The position numbers were made by a program, and so were the translations under genes. From a virus, in the IMG/VR virus record IMGVR_UViG_3300022555_002641, positions 32,001 to 96,000 of that record: 64,000 nucleotides of DNA, one strand, 5' to 3'. Of this stretch, positions 1 through 11,257 are shown piece after piece. Under the pieces are notes generated by a model that saw nothing but the letters and a program-made list of their open reading frames with translations, was not told the DNA's origin and made no database searches. How positions within the stretch are numbered: the stretch's first letter is position 1; every line of letters begins with the position of its first letter.

Positions 1-708
1 GCCGTTCAGGAAGAAGCAATCAGGACATTTATCAGGATCGCACCTGAAGTTCTTGTAGGTACAAGCAATGTAATGTTTTCTCGTTTATTTAATATTCCAG
101 CACACGGCACACAGGCGCACGAGTGGTATATGTTTCATGCTGTGAAGTATGGTGTTCAAATGGCTAATCGTATGGGGCTTGGACGCTGGGTTGATGTTTA
201 TCATGGAGCCTTGGGTACTGCGCTATCAGATACATTTACTACCGATGTGTTTTTACGAGATTTTGATTTATTCTTTGCAAAGCTATTTGATGGACCACGC
301 CAAGATTCTGGAAATCCTGTTACATTTGCAGAAAAAATGATCAAACATTATCGTGATATGAACATCACAATTCCTATTACTTTTTCTCATGGTAAAACTG
401 CATTTATACCAAAAACTATTGTTTTTTCCGACTCAATTGATAGCCATGAAAAAATAGATAACATTGAAGAAGCTGTATTTGAAAAAATATTATCTGCTTA
501 TGGTATTGGGGTTTGGATTTCTTTTGATATTGTCGATTTGGCAGGGGTTAAAATTAAGCACATAAACATGGTAATTAAAATGACCTCAGCCAAACCAGAT
601 GATAAAATGCCTTGGGGTGACTGTGTCAAATTGTCAGACTCCGCTGGAAAACATACAGGCAATCAAAAAACAGTTGAATTATATAAAACCCAACTTGGTA
701 TTGAATAA
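1..708 (+). CDS. pncB: nicotinate phosphoribosyltransferase (5'-truncated by window edge)
   Basis: Frame is open from position 1 (AVQEEAIR...GTSNVM). NAPRTase motifs GTSN, GTQAHEW, RQDSG, FSDS, GIG and VKLSDSAGK. Confidence 0.9.
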   Translation, partial: AVQEEAIRTFIRIAPEVLVGTSNVMFSRLFNIPAHGTQAHEWYMFHAVKYGVQMANRMGLGRWVDVYHGALGTALSDTFTTDVFLRDFDLFFAKLFDGPRQDSGNPVTFAEKMIKHYRDMNITIPITFSHGKTAFIPKTIVFSDSIDSHEKIDNIEEAVFEKILSAYGIGVWISFDIVDLAGVKIKHINMVIKMTSAKPDDKMPWGDCVKLSDSAGKHTGNQKTVELYKTQLGIE

Positions 709-950
709 TGTGGCTCGATTTTGAAAGATTTAAAACTGCTGGAATAAAAAATATTTCTCTTAGCTATCTTAATTCAAAAGAAAATAACATTACTATTGAT
801 TTTTTGGATGATACTCCTCAATTTTCAATTAATCTTCCAGCTAAAGACGATTACTGGGATTTTACAGAAAAATACATATTCGAAAGAATGAAAAAACTTA
901 AAGCTGAAGAACGAAAAAATAAATTAAACCAAATATATAATTTACACTAA
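708..950 (+). CDS. hypothetical protein with C-terminal RxxKLxxI motif
   Basis: Start overlaps the pncB stop (TAATG); ends ERKNKLNQIYNLH. Confidence 0.75.
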   Translation: MWLDFERFKTAGIKNISLSYLNSKENNITIDFLDDTPQFSINLPAKDDYWDFTEKYIFERMKKLKAEERKNKLNQIYNLH

Positions 951-957
951 AATAATT

Positions 958-1251
958 ATGTCAAACACAGATGAAGAAATAAAAACATTAGCTGACATTC
1001 TTGCCGAAAATGGCATTGAATCTGAAGAAACATGGCGGCTCATTTTATGGAATGATAGTGTTAATTCATTTGAACATGTTATTGTATGTTTAGTTATTGT
1101 ATTAAAGTTTACCCCGCAGCAAGCTGAGCAATCCGCTTGGACTGTACATCTTCAAGGTAAAGACGTTATTAAAAGTGGTTCAAAAGAATCTCTTGAACCA
1201 TATAAAAAACTTCTCGAAGAGATGGAGCTTACGCTTACCATTGAACAGTAA
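958..1251 (+). CDS. clpS: ATP-dependent Clp protease adaptor ClpS
   Basis: LILWNDSVNSFEHVIVCL...QQAEQSAWTVHLQGK, typical ClpS core. Confidence 0.9.
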   Translation: MSNTDEEIKTLADILAENGIESEETWRLILWNDSVNSFEHVIVCLVIVLKFTPQQAEQSAWTVHLQGKDVIKSGSKESLEPYKKLLEEMELTLTIEQ

Positions 1252-1277
1252 TTGTTCAAAAAAAATAATTAAATATT

Positions 1278-1520
1278 ATGATAGCATTTATTGCTAAATA
1301 TATGTTGTATATTTATACTACGTATATCCAAGAAGATTTTGACATTTATAAAAAATGGGCATTACCTTTTATATATGCTGTATGGTTTATTCGTGGCATA
1401 TATATTTGGATTGGTTCCATAATATTTTTTCCGCTTTTTTACTTGGGTATGATTTTTGATAACAGTAATATGAAAAAAATGATCGAAGAGTACGCATCAT
1501 ATTTTTCAGAAATGTTGTAA
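1278..1520 (+). CDS. small membrane protein
   Basis: Hydrophobic central segment. Confidence 0.6.
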   Translation: MIAFIAKYMLYIYTTYIQEDFDIYKKWALPFIYAVWFIRGIYIWIGSIIFFPLFYLGMIFDNSNMKKMIEEYASYFSEML

Positions 1521-1537
1521 AAAAGATTATTTTTTTG

Positions 1538-1545
1538 TACATTTG
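1538..1545 (+). promoter_or_regulatory. Bacteroidota-type -7 promoter box (TAnnTTTG) upstream of clpC
   Basis: TACATTTG in the intergenic gap; the same box recurs before many genes (see findings). Confidence 0.6.
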
Positions 1546-1594
1546 CTAATATAATAAAGAATATATAAAAACTCAAACAAAAACTAACTAAAAA

Positions 1595-4147
1595 ATGAAA
1601 CATTCAAAAGATTTCGAAAAAGTTATTGCTGATAGCAAAAATATCGCTATCAATTACAAATCATCGACAATTAAGCCAGAGCATCTTTTTTTGGCTATGA
1701 TTGAAAATACTGGAAGCAAGGCTCACAATATTCTTTATGATACGCAAGTTAATATTGATGCAGTTAAGGATACTGTTATCAATGTATTGAAAGCATCGCA
1801 AGAATCAACATTCACATCTAAATCCAAAATTTCATTGGATGATAAAAGCAGTAAAATTCTCATAGATAGTGAAAAAATTGCTAAAGAGCTGAAAGATGAA
1901 GAAGTTGACACCCAGCATATCTTATATGCATTATTAGATAAGGAACCTAACCCGCCATTTTCAAATCTTATTCATGAATTATTCAGTAAAGTTCCACCAA
2001 TTTATATGGTGATCAAAGCCAAAATAAAAGGTGAATTTGATGATAGCTCAGCAGCTTATGGTGAAGATGATCATGATCCAGACAGTGAATTCGAAGAAAA
2101 ACCAGATAGAAGCAATTCTAAGAAAACCACAAAAATGATTGACTTGTATGGTACAGATTTAACCAAACTTGCCAAGGAAGGTAAATTAGACCCAGTCATT
2201 GGTCGCAAGCCTGAAATAAAAAGAATTTCTCAGGTTCTTGCTCGTAGGAAAAAGAATAACGCATGTCTGGTTGGCGAACCTGGGGTTGGCAAAAGTGCCA
2301 TTGTAGAAGGATTAGCCCAGCTTATTCTTGATGGAGCGGTTGCCGAAACATTGAAAAATAAGCGGATTGTAACCCTTGATATGGGTGCGCTTGTTGCTGG
2401 AACAAAATATCGTGGAGAATTCGAACAGCGTCTCAGGGGGATCATTAAAGAAATGGAAGAAAATAAAAATATCATTCTTTTCATCGATGAAATCCACACT
2501 ATTATTGGTGCTGGTAGTGCTCAGGGGTCACTTGATGCATCCAATATGTTGAAACCAGCGTTATCACGTGGAAGTTTCCATTGTATTGGTGCAACAACGC
2601 TTGATGAGTATCGTAAGTATATTGAGAAAGACGGAGCGTTGGAAAGACGTTTTCAGAAAATTCTTGTAGAACCTACAACCAAATCTGAAACTGTGGATAT
2701 TTTGAATAATATCAAAAACAGATATGAAGATCATCACCTTGTTACTTATACAGATGAAGCTATTTTAGCTTGTGTGGATTTAACAGATAAATATATGTCT
2801 GATAAAATGATGCCAGATAAAGCTATTGACGCATTAGATGAGTCTGGTGCAAAAGTTCATGTTAACAGGACTGTTAGAACACCAAAGAAAATTGAAGTTA
2901 TTGAGAAGAAAGCTAAAGAGGCTGAAACACAGAAACTGCTCTGTGTGAAAACTCAAAGATTCGAGGATGCTGCTGGTTATCGTGATCAGGAGCGTAATCT
3001 TCTTGATGAACTTGAAAAAGAAAAAGAAGTTTGGAAAAAAGAGCAAAATAACAACCGTGATCTTGTCACGAAAGATGATGTTGCTGAAGTTGTTGCGCTT
3101 ATGACAAAAATCCCAGTTGATAACGTATCTTCTGATGAAAATACAAAGCTCAAAAATATGGCTGTCAAAGTCAAGAGTGTTGTTATTGGACAGGATGATG
3201 CAGTTGACAAAGTTGTTCGTGCAGTTAAACGTGCCAGAATGGGTATTAAAGACCCGAAAAAACCAGTTGGTAACTTCATGTTTTTGGGACCGACTGGTGT
3301 TGGAAAAACATACTTAGCCAAAATCATGGCGAAAGAATTGTTCGGTTCAGAAGATGCGCTTGTTCGTATTGATATGACAGAATACATGGAAAAACACGAA
3401 GTTTCTCGTTTGATTGGATCACCTCCAGGATACGTTGGTCACGAAGATGGTGGACAATTAACAGAAGCCATCAGGCGCAGACCGTATTCGATTATCCTTT
3501 TCGATGAAATTGAAAAAGCACACCCAGATGTATTCAACATTTTACTTCAAATGCTTGATGATGGTGTTCTTACGGATAACATCGGTCGCAGGGTAGATTT
3601 CCGCAATACTATCATAATCATGACATCGAATGTCGGTTCAAGAAAAGTTAAGGAATTTGGAATGGGAATTGGATTTTCAGTTGCCGATCCAGACAATATC
3701 ATTAACAAACAGGCTATCGTTCAGAAAGAATTGAAAAAAATGTTTAGCCCAGAATTCTTGAATCGTGTTGATGAAGTTATTATGTTCAATTCCTTAGGTA
3801 AAGAAGAGGTTATCAAGATTGTTGATGTTGAACTTAAGACCACAATTCAACGTCTGAAGGATATTGGATATGACATAAGTGTTCCGCAATCCATGAAAGA
3901 CTTCTTGTTCGAAAAAGGCTGGGATAAGGAAATGGGCGCAAGACCACTTAAAAGAGCCATTCAAAAGTGGGTTGAAGATACTTTGGTTGATGCTATCATC
4001 AATGAGGAAATCAAATCTGGTGATCGCATATCAATGCGGTACGATAAGAATAAATCTACAGTTGTTCTTGTTAAATTAAACAAGGATGACGGTGAATTGG
4101 ATATGGAAGCTACGGTTGATTTAATTCCAGCGGCACCAGCAAATTAA
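1595..4147 (+). CDS. clpC: ATP-dependent Clp protease ATP-binding subunit ClpC
   Basis: Clp-N repeats, two AAA+ modules ([16 protein letters not shown]), short UVR-type middle domain ([13 protein letters not shown]) and IGF ClpP-docking loop (GMGIGFS). Confidence 0.93.
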   Translation: MKHSKDFEKVIADSKNIAINYKSSTIKPEHLFLAMIENTGSKAHNILYDTQVNIDAVKDTVINVLKASQESTFTSKSKISLDDKSSKILIDSEKIAKELKDEEVDTQHILYALLDKEPNPPFSNLIHELFSKVPPIYMVIKAKIKGEFDDSSAAYGEDDHDPDSEFEEKPDRSNSKKTTKMIDLYGTDLTKLAKEGKLDPVIGRKPEIKRISQVLARRKKNNACLVGEPGVGKSAIVEGLAQLILDGAVAETLKNKRIVTLDMGALVAGTKYRGEFEQRLRGIIKEMEENKNIILFIDEIHTIIGAGSAQGSLDASNMLKPALSRGSFHCIGATTLDEYRKYIEKDGALERRFQKILVEPTTKSETVDILNNIKNRYEDHHLVTYTDEAILACVDLTDKYMSDKMMPDKAIDALDESGAKVHVNRTVRTPKKIEVIEKKAKEAETQKLLCVKTQRFEDAAGYRDQERNLLDELEKEKEVWKKEQNNNRDLVTKDDVAEVVALMTKIPVDNVSSDENTKLKNMAVKVKSVVIGQDDAVDKVVRAVKRARMGIKDPKKPVGNFMFLGPTGVGKTYLAKIMAKELFGSEDALVRIDMTEYMEKHEVSRLIGSPPGYVGHEDGGQLTEAIRRRPYSIILFDEIEKAHPDVFNILLQMLDDGVLTDNIGRRVDFRNTIIIMTSNVGSRKVKEFGMGIGFSVADPDNIINKQAIVQKELKKMFSPEFLNRVDEVIMFNSLGKEEVIKIVDVELKTTIQRLKDIGYDISVPQSMKDFLFEKGWDKEMGARPLKRAIQKWVEDTLVDAIINEEIKSGDRISMRYDKNKSTVVLVKLNKDDGELDMEATVDLIPAAPAN

Positions 4148-4158
4148 TTTACCGATAG

Positions 4159-4197
4159 AAAAAATGGGGGAAATTTATTTCCCCCATTTTTTTTTTT
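4159..4197. terminator. bidirectional intrinsic terminator
   Basis: A6-TGGGGGAAAT...ATTTCCCCCA-T-run between convergent genes. Confidence 0.85.
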
Positions 4198-4867
4198 AAT
4201 CATTATCAATTGAATAATTATTTTGTGGTCTTTCTGTTGGTAGAATATCATTTGAATGATCCCAAGTTTCAGTGTCAAAGATATTTTCGGGTTTTTGTGG
4301 GAAATCTGGTGAACCATCTTGATCGCTAAGTTTCCAATTAACATCAATAAAATTAAATTTAATTGTTAACGAAAACGTGCTTTCTGACACATCCTGTGAC
4401 TGATACATTAAACGTACTTCGGATAATGATTTAAGTAAAACTGACCTTAAGATAACCGTATATAAAATATCACCATCCTTATCAAGTAAGTCGAGGTTCA
4501 ACCAAGGAATATAATGCTTTCTGGTATTATTAAAGTACTCAGCAAGTATTTGCTGTAACATAAAATAGTTAGTGTGTGAATCCACACTCCTAAGCGTTAT
4601 ATCCAATGAACTATTATAGGTATCATGAATATTTTGCGATGACTTCCATTCAATCTTTTTTCCGAACCTCAAAGTTTGTTCTGATCCTTCATAAGTAACA
4701 GAAGGAAATACTATTTCTTTGATTGTTGAATTAATATAATCAATTGGATTTTCATATGGTATCCAATTTTTTTCCATATATCTTTTTAGCTTATTATTTA
4801 CTTCATCAGAAACAAAATCAGTTGGAAAATTAAATCTAAATTGATTATTTTGCGAACTTAATCTCAT
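4196..4867 (-). CDS. putative virion structural protein (tail tube/baseplate gp19/gp48/gp54-like)
   Basis: QFRFNFP, EIVFPSVT and DLLDKDGDILYTVIL...TFSLTIKFN resemble the T4-like tube fold; lies in a minus-strand late block. Confidence 0.5.
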   Translation of the reverse strand: MRLSSQNNQFRFNFPTDFVSDEVNNKLKRYMEKNWIPYENPIDYINSTIKEIVFPSVTYEGSEQTLRFGKKIEWKSSQNIHDTYNSSLDITLRSVDSHTNYFMLQQILAEYFNNTRKHYIPWLNLDLLDKDGDILYTVILRSVLLKSLSEVRLMYQSQDVSESTFSLTIKFNFIDVNWKLSDQDGSPDFPQKPENIFDTETWDHSNDILPTERPQNNYSIDND

Positions 4868-4882
4868 GCTATTGGATTATTT

Positions 4883-5215
4883 TTATGCACCAATCCCACC
4901 ATTATTTAATTTTGTTGGATCAACAGGTGGATTTACTTTAGTATTTCCTGATTGATTTGGCGATACAGTAATATTATTCAATTGTTGTGGTGTTTGCTGC
5001 CCAGTATATCTCTTCAATGGTAAAGTATTCATGATTTGAATATATGGGCTTTTTAAAAGTTCATTATAAAAACTATCCGAAATATCACTTGCAATGATTA
5101 CATCATCTTTACTATAAACAACAATTCCTTGATGCTGATTAATCAAAGCTTCTACTTCATGACGATACGTTAATATTATTTCTTGTTTTATTGGTGGTTG
5201 AGCTGTGTTTGCCAT
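4883..5215 (-). CDS. hypothetical protein
   Basis: ORF in minus-strand operon. Confidence 0.7.
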   Translation of the reverse strand: MANTAQPPIKQEIILTYRHEVEALINQHQGIVVYSKDDVIIASDISDSFYNELLKSPYIQIMNTLPLKRYTGQQTPQQLNNITVSPNQSGNTKVNPPVDPTKLNNGGIGA

Positions 5216-5230
5216 ATTGAATATTTTTTT

Positions 5231-7045
5231 TTATGCTGATGATGTATTTGATGTAGTATTTGATACTATCGTTGAATTTTTATATTTAACATAGATTATA
5301 ACAGTTTTACCAGTCGATGGATTCCAAGTTTGCGGATTTATATTTTCTGTTACTGGTGTTGTGTTTGGTTCTTTTAAACTTTGATCTGGAATATTTACAT
5401 TATCATCCAAAAATTTAATATCTTCAAAAAATGAATATGTGCCAGAGTACAGCAAAGTTTTAATATTATTTGATGATAATGTTAAATAAAAATTTGTATA
5501 ACCTTTATCATATATTTTTTTCAAAACACTTAGATCATTCTCATTTATTTTGTAGTTAATAATACCATGCTCATAATCATTCGTTGATTCTTGATAGATA
5601 GATTTTTCTATAGATTCACTATCAGATTTAAAAATTAATAGCAAGTCTGAATTTTGCAGAATTGCAGACAGATTATAAATTTCTAATTGATTACTTGTAG
5701 ATAATGTACCAATCCTGAATTGAAGTATATTATCAAATGGCGTAATCACAACATTCAATAATCCCATGCCCCTGTACCCATTTACAGATTTTGGACTATT
5801 CACAACAACTTTACCAACTTCAATTAATTGTGGATATTTAACTTTAACAATTTCAGTTCGAATATTATTTGTTGCATCATTTTTTAAAATAATTTGCTCT
5901 GGTTTGGCATTATAAATTTTCAGCTTGTTAATATTTGAAATATTTAAGCTTACCAACTTTTTACCATACTTTTGAATATGGGTGGTTATACCATAAGTTG
6001 CATATCTGGAAATCGTACTCATATCTATAAGATCAATTACCCTCATTTCGACCTTTATAGCCGCTGTGGTGTTCGCAAATGTAATAATGGGTCGATAGTA
6101 TATCTTCTTGGTGAAGTCATCTGTAGGGCCCCCCGTTACAACGATAGTCTGTTTATTAGTCTGGATATTTTCTTCATATAGATAAATATCATATTCTATT
6201 CTAATTCGTCTACCTTTTGTCTCAACTTCATTAACAAATGTTTGTAAGTTTTCGTTACTTTCCCCGTAGGTTCCATATATTTCAAAAAAATCACCATCCG
6301 TAGCTTCAACAATTTGAACTGCAAGTGTATCATATTCTGGAGCCTTAGCAAAAGACGTTTTATTAGACTCTGTATTATAATAGTAAGTGGTACCAAGAAC
6401 AGTTTCCTTGTTCATTATAAATTGGAAATCAACAAAGATCGGTGATGTTTGACTTAAACCTTCATTTAAAGTCAAATTAGCATTTAAACTATTTGGTATA
6501 GTAACGTTGGTAACATTACTCATAATTCTTTGGTTTGAAATAAAGTTGATGGATGGTATTTGGAATTCAAAATATTTGCCCCATTCTTGTTCATCATAAA
6601 TAAATGGAATTGCAAGATTTAGTAAACTTGTAGGATTTGAATCATCGTAAAAAATATTTGATAAATCATATATTGTATTGTTTCCATACCCATATGTAAA
6701 CACTTTCAAATAGAATCCAATATAATTATTAAATTGGAAATCATAGCTCGTTGGTAAGTATATTCTAACCTTATCATAAGGAATCGGAGGAGTGCTATAA
6801 TCTTGTTCTTGCAGAAAATTAAATTTCTTTGGATTAACTACGGCATATTTTTTAAGAACTGGATCAATCTGAAATAAATTATCAGCCATTACATTTAATC
6901 CTGTAGTTGAAAGAAAACTTCGTTTTTTGTTTTCACCAAGGTTTGTTATGACCTGATAATTTTCAGTTATATTGTTCTCATTATCAAAAGTCCATTGCAG
7001 TAAAACACTTGGATGAACTTTTATATATTTTGATATTTGAGCCAT
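5231..7045 (-). CDS. large hypothetical protein, probably structural
   Basis: 604 aa, N/T/I-rich, preceded by a TATATA-type promoter at about 7063-7072. Confidence 0.7.
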   Translation of the reverse strand: MAQISKYIKVHPSVLLQWTFDNENNITENYQVITNLGENKKRSFLSTTGLNVMADNLFQIDPVLKKYAVVNPKKFNFLQEQDYSTPPIPYDKVRIYLPTSYDFQFNNYIGFYLKVFTYGYGNNTIYDLSNIFYDDSNPTSLLNLAIPFIYDEQEWGKYFEFQIPSINFISNQRIMSNVTNVTIPNSLNANLTLNEGLSQTSPIFVDFQFIMNKETVLGTTYYYNTESNKTSFAKAPEYDTLAVQIVEATDGDFFEIYGTYGESNENLQTFVNEVETKGRRIRIEYDIYLYEENIQTNKQTIVVTGGPTDDFTKKIYYRPIITFANTTAAIKVEMRVIDLIDMSTISRYATYGITTHIQKYGKKLVSLNISNINKLKIYNAKPEQIILKNDATNNIRTEIVKVKYPQLIEVGKVVVNSPKSVNGYRGMGLLNVVITPFDNILQFRIGTLSTSNQLEIYNLSAILQNSDLLLIFKSDSESIEKSIYQESTNDYEHGIINYKINENDLSVLKKIYDKGYTNFYLTLSSNNIKTLLYSGTYSFFEDIKFLDDNVNIPDQSLKEPNTTPVTENINPQTWNPSTGKTVIIYVKYKNSTIVSNTTSNTSSA

Positions 7046-7129
7046 GTAAACGTCTTTTTCTTTATATATATTAAAAGTTAAACTTTAAAAGAAAAAAAAG
7101 ATAAAATACTAAAAAAGAATCCAATAATT

Positions 7130-7813
7130 ATGGCTTCATCCACCGCAACTGGAGATTTCGATTTGTTCGGAATTTATAATACAACCACGATACCAACAAC
7201 CACCACAGTCCCAATTCCAACGTCATCAATACCAGCAGTAACTATAGTTTCACCAAATTATTTAATGCTTACTGGTAGCACAGGATTATATTCTATAGGA
7301 ACTGCAATTAATAATGTAGCCATAAATGGTATTTTTAGCCCGTCAACCACATATAGTACAAATTATATTTTTGGAACTGATCCATACGAGAATGAACTTA
7401 AAAATCTGACCTATGGAATAATGGTGGATGAACGATATTATGCTGAATTGGCAGATAATATTAAGGCAATAAAGAATAATAAAATGATATTCTGTTGTAA
7501 TATTATAAATAATAGAATAGTGCCATACGAATTAATAATGAGACTAATTGCGGATAAAGAAAAATTTGCAATGAAAATTTCAGTGACTAATCCAGTTGAT
7601 GGGTATCCTTTGTTTAATATCAATTATACTAATTTCAGATTTACTAAAATAGTAAATAATCTAAAATTTTCTAATAAATGTGATTTTACAGAATTGATTG
7701 TTAAATTCAAATATGATAAAGTAACTTGCGAAAATAGAAGATTAACTTTAAAACAAAAAAGAACAGATAAATTAAATAAAATATTCAAAGATGAATCCAC
7801 AGATTTCAGTTAA
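7130..7813 (+). CDS. hypothetical protein with C-terminal RxxKLxxI motif
   Basis: T/S-rich N-terminus; ends KRTDKLNKIFKDESTDFS. Confidence 0.7.
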   Translation: MASSTATGDFDLFGIYNTTTIPTTTTVPIPTSSIPAVTIVSPNYLMLTGSTGLYSIGTAINNVAINGIFSPSTTYSTNYIFGTDPYENELKNLTYGIMVDERYYAELADNIKAIKNNKMIFCCNIINNRIVPYELIMRLIADKEKFAMKISVTNPVDGYPLFNINYTNFRFTKIVNNLKFSNKCDFTELIVKFKYDKVTCENRRLTLKQKRTDKLNKIFKDESTDFS

Positions 7814-8054
7814 ATCAAGATATAGTCTGGCGAATATAAATCCGTCTTTCTATAGTACATTACCATTGAATAGTGGCACATCCATTGGCACTAAAGGAGG
7901 CGGAATTGGTCAAGGATATGTTTTCGTCCCTTATATTTTAGTTAATTCAAGTTCTGTTATTGTTGACGGTAAAAATTCCGAAATGCTAAGAAGAATTCGA
8001 ATAACGGCACTTAGAAAAGAAAGAAAAGAAAAAATAAACAAATTAAAATGGTAA
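7791..8054 (+). CDS. small protein with GYVFVPYI segment and C-terminal RxxKIxxL motif
   Basis: GYVFVPYI resembles the gp23-like G-x-x-Y-x-P-Y motif; ends RKERKEKINKLKW. Confidence 0.65.
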   Translation: MNPQISVKSRYSLANINPSFYSTLPLNSGTSIGTKGGGIGQGYVFVPYILVNSSSVIVDGKNSEMLRRIRITALRKERKEKINKLKW

Positions 8055-8106
8055 TAAATGGGATGGGTAAATGTGGCTCGTAATTATTTATAGAAATAAA
8101 AAACTT

Positions 8107-8865
8107 ATGATAACTACATTTATTTATGCGCTAAAAGACCCAACAGATAACAAAGTAAGATATATTGGTAAAGCTAATGATCCACACAAAAGATATGGTG
8201 ACCATCTCAATAGTGGTCGAGATAAAAATACTCATAAAAGAAATTGGATAAATAAGCTTAAAAAAGAAAATTTACGACCAATATTAGAAATATTGATAGA
8301 AGTTCCAATTGAAGATTGGAAAAAATATGAAAAAGAGTATATTCGAAAATATATTAAAGATGGATGTGATTTGGTGAATTATACAGAAGGTGGAGAAGGT
8401 TTAAGTTTTGGTAATCTCACATCATTTAAATCTGGACACGGTTCCAAAAAGATTGTAATGCTAAGTAGAAATGGAAATTATATAAAAACTTTTAATTCAA
8501 TATCTGAAGCTTCTACTAAAATCAATAAAAGTGGGTCTTTAATAAATAAAGTATTAGCAAAAAGAAAGAAAACCTGTAATAATTGTATTTTTATATATGA
8601 AAAAGATTACTTAAAAATGACAGATATTGATATTAAAAATATTGTAGAACTGGCAAAGCCTAAACCACCATCTTCAAATATCGGATCGTATAAAGAACGT
8701 GAAATATTTCAATATGATTTAAATAAAAATTTTATTCGAAAATGGAAATCTTTATCTGAAGCGTCAAAAAATCTAAATATTTATACAGAAGGTATATGCC
8801 TATGCGCAAAAATGAAATATAAGAGTGCTGGTGGATTCTTCTGGTCTTACAAAAAAATAGAATAA
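8107..8865 (+). CDS. GIY-YIG homing endonuclease with NUMOD1-type repeats
   Basis: FIYAL...RYIGKA, Arg of the catalytic helix, N-x-T-E-G-G-E-G, two C-terminal (F/W)xSxSEASK repeats. Start moved to the ATG at 8107. Confidence 0.85.
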   Translation: MITTFIYALKDPTDNKVRYIGKANDPHKRYGDHLNSGRDKNTHKRNWINKLKKENLRPILEILIEVPIEDWKKYEKEYIRKYIKDGCDLVNYTEGGEGLSFGNLTSFKSGHGSKKIVMLSRNGNYIKTFNSISEASTKINKSGSLINKVLAKRKKTCNNCIFIYEKDYLKMTDIDIKNIVELAKPKPPSSNIGSYKEREIFQYDLNKNFIRKWKSLSEASKNLNIYTEGICLCAKMKYKSAGGFFWSYKKIE

Positions 8866-8867
8866 AA

Positions 8868-9377
8868 ATGGTAATAGTACTATTAAACGGAATTGCAAAA
8901 TCTGGAAAGGACGAGTTTATTAAGCAATTCGAACTTATATCACCCTTTAAGGTTCATAATATATCTACTATAGATCAAGTAAAAAATATAGCCAAAACTT
9001 TTTTTGGTTGGGATGGTAGCAAAGATGAGAAATCACGAAAGTTTCTTGCAGAGTTAAAACAGCTTTGGATTGATTATAATAACGGTCCGTTTGAATGTGT
9101 GGTTAAAAAAATTGAAGAAATTGAGAATATTTCAAAGGATGAAAATATTATATTTATACATTGCCGAGAAAAATTGGAAATAAATAAATTTAAAGATTAT
9201 TATAAAGGATATGTTTTTGTTACCTTATTAGTAGAACGGGATGTTCCCACCCCAGAGAACGTTGCAGACTTACAAGTGTTCGATTATAAATATGATTATA
9301 CAATTGAAAATAATGGTAATATATCACAATTAAAGAAGAAAGCAAAAGAATTTTATAAGTATATCATGAGTAAATGA
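8868..9377 (+). CDS. deoxynucleoside monophosphate kinase-like P-loop protein
   Basis: N-terminal GIAKSGKD, FGWDGSKDEKSRKFL, YDYTIENNG. Confidence 0.7.
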   Translation: MVIVLLNGIAKSGKDEFIKQFELISPFKVHNISTIDQVKNIAKTFFGWDGSKDEKSRKFLAELKQLWIDYNNGPFECVVKKIEEIENISKDENIIFIHCREKLEINKFKDYYKGYVFVTLLVERDVPTPENVADLQVFDYKYDYTIENNGNISQLKKKAKEFYKYIMSK

Positions 9378-9449
9378 AATTTAATTAAACTTTTTTCAAC
9401 TTTATTATTATAACCTATCAGATCATCGTTTAACCTAACTTATTATTTT

Positions 9450-10616
9450 ATGAAAGAAGAATTGATTGAAGGCGTTAATATCGGTAAGTTACCCGATATT
9501 TTCCCATTTTTAACAAACAACAAAATTCCACGACTCAAAACAGATGGAGACCTTAATGAGGACTACATGCACATGTATCGGGAAATGGAAAAAACATTCC
9601 TGACCATGAGGGAAATCAGGGACGGTGAAATTGTCACAGGTGTTATCGCATCTAAAACAGATAAGGAAATTCTTGTCGATTTTGGATATAAAGATTATAT
9701 CTATGTTGACACCCCCAAAAAAGAAAAAATATCTGCCGATATTAATGTCGGAGATAAGATTGAAGTTCTTATTACCCATGTTATTGATAACCCATTTATT
9801 ATTAAGGGATCAATAACAGAACTTATCCGCCACAATGTCCATAACAAAATGAAGCAGTATTTTGAGCAAGGTTTAGCTCTTACAGCTTTTGTCAAAGAAA
9901 TGATTCCAGCGGGGTACATGATTGACATCCATATGGACAATATCACAATCGATGCATTTATGCCTAATACACTTGCTGACGTTAATAAACTAAGTGATCC
10001 AAGCTCAGTACTTGGTCAAACTTTTGAGGTTATGCTTGAAACATTACAGCAAGAAAAAGGTGTGTATGTAGTATCAAGAAGAAAATACTTACAGACTCTT
10101 ATTCCAAAAGAAATTAAGAAGCTTAAGTATAACACTGTTTACAAAGGTGACGTTACTGGTACAACTCCGTATGGTGTATTTGTTCAGTTCAACGGATGTC
10201 TAACTGGTATGATCTACAAAACAAATATTAATCCAGCCAATTTGGATAAGTGGGATCAGATTACTCCAGGTTTACCTATCGAATTCTACATCAAAGAAAT
10301 CGTGAAAAATGGAAAAATTATCTTAACTCAGATTCTTAAAGAATCACTTTGGGATACTATTAAGGTTGGTAAAACATTAACTGGAAAAGTAAAAGATGTT
10401 AAGCCGTTTGGAGCCTTGATTGATTTGGATTCTGAAACAGTTGGGTTAATTCAAACTGTGTATCTCAAGAATAACAAAACTTTAGTTGCTGGGGACGAAG
10501 TTAGAGTCACTGTAATATCATTGATAAGAGATGATAGAAAGATTTATCTTAATTTTGACAAAAAGGATAGACCTGTTGAGAAGGCTATTCAAAAAGAAGC
10601 TCAGAAAGATGAGTAA
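9450..10616 (+). CDS. multi-S1-domain RNA-binding protein (ribosomal protein S1-like)
   Basis: About four S1 repeats (GEIVTGVI...LVDFGYK; AFMP...VVSRRKYL; GDVTGTTPYGVFV; GKVKDVKPFGALIDL). Confidence 0.8.
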   Translation: MKEELIEGVNIGKLPDIFPFLTNNKIPRLKTDGDLNEDYMHMYREMEKTFLTMREIRDGEIVTGVIASKTDKEILVDFGYKDYIYVDTPKKEKISADINVGDKIEVLITHVIDNPFIIKGSITELIRHNVHNKMKQYFEQGLALTAFVKEMIPAGYMIDIHMDNITIDAFMPNTLADVNKLSDPSSVLGQTFEVMLETLQQEKGVYVVSRRKYLQTLIPKEIKKLKYNTVYKGDVTGTTPYGVFVQFNGCLTGMIYKTNINPANLDKWDQITPGLPIEFYIKEIVKNGKIILTQILKESLWDTIKVGKTLTGKVKDVKPFGALIDLDSETVGLIQTVYLKNNKTLVAGDEVRVTVISLIRDDRKIYLNFDKKDRPVEKAIQKEAQKDE

Positions 10617-10642
10617 AAAAAAAGGGGCGAAAGCCCCTTTTT
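10615..10642. terminator. bidirectional intrinsic terminator
   Basis: A-run GGGGC-GAAA-GCCCC T-run. Confidence 0.9.
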
Positions 10643-11148
10643 TATTTTTCAATCTGCATGTAATTTAATTCTACTGGAACGTCTCGACCAAAAATTTTCA
10701 CATTGATCTTAACCTTTTGCGTTTTTTCATCTACATGGGTTATATCACCCCTGAACGATGTAAACGGACCATCAGTAATTCCTACTTGCTGCCCAACTAT
10801 AAATGATTCTTTACTATCTTTTTGGGATTCTCTTCCAAGAATGCGCTCAACTTCTGCATCAGATAGTGGCTGCGGTATTCTACCACCCAAAAATCCAAGT
10901 ACCCCAGCAATATTTTTTACAACTGGAACAACTTCTTTAACTGATTCACATTCAATAAGAACGTAACCAGGAAAATAATTCTTTTCGATGGAAACTTTTT
11001 TACCTTTTCGAAGTTGAATTACTTTCTGGGTTGGAATTAAAATTTTTGTAACATTATCATCCAACTTGCTACGTTTTATTTCATATTCAATCATCTCTTT
11101 CATTTTTTTTTCTTTGCCCGTAGCGGCACGAATTACATACCATTTCAT
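10642..11148 (-). CDS. nusG: transcription termination/antitermination factor NusG
   Basis: KWYVIRA...NYFPGYVLIE...GVLGFLG NGN domain and KOW (VGITDGPFTSFRG...VKIFGRDVPVEL). Likely start is the ATG at 11148. Confidence 0.92.
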   Translation of the reverse strand: MKWYVIRAATGKEKKMKEMIEYEIKRSKLDDNVTKILIPTQKVIQLRKGKKVSIEKNYFPGYVLIECESVKEVVPVVKNIAGVLGFLGGRIPQPLSDAEVERILGRESQKDSKESFIVGQQVGITDGPFTSFRGDITHVDEKTQKVKINVKIFGRDVPVELNYMQIEK

Positions 11149-11257
11149 ATATTGATCTCCTTTCAATGTTATATATTACAAATATACGAATAAGATTAAT
11201 TTTTTTATGTGAAAAACTTTTATTATTTTTGTAAAATTATTAACTAAAACCTCAAAT

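Noticed and set aside
2230-3387. Antisense and nested ORFs within clpC (and similar ones within ligA, purA, fcl, tnpB)
   Set aside because: They overlap well-supported genes and have no motifs of their own.
1595-4147. ClpB
   Set aside because: The short UVR-type middle domain and the IGF loop indicate ClpC.
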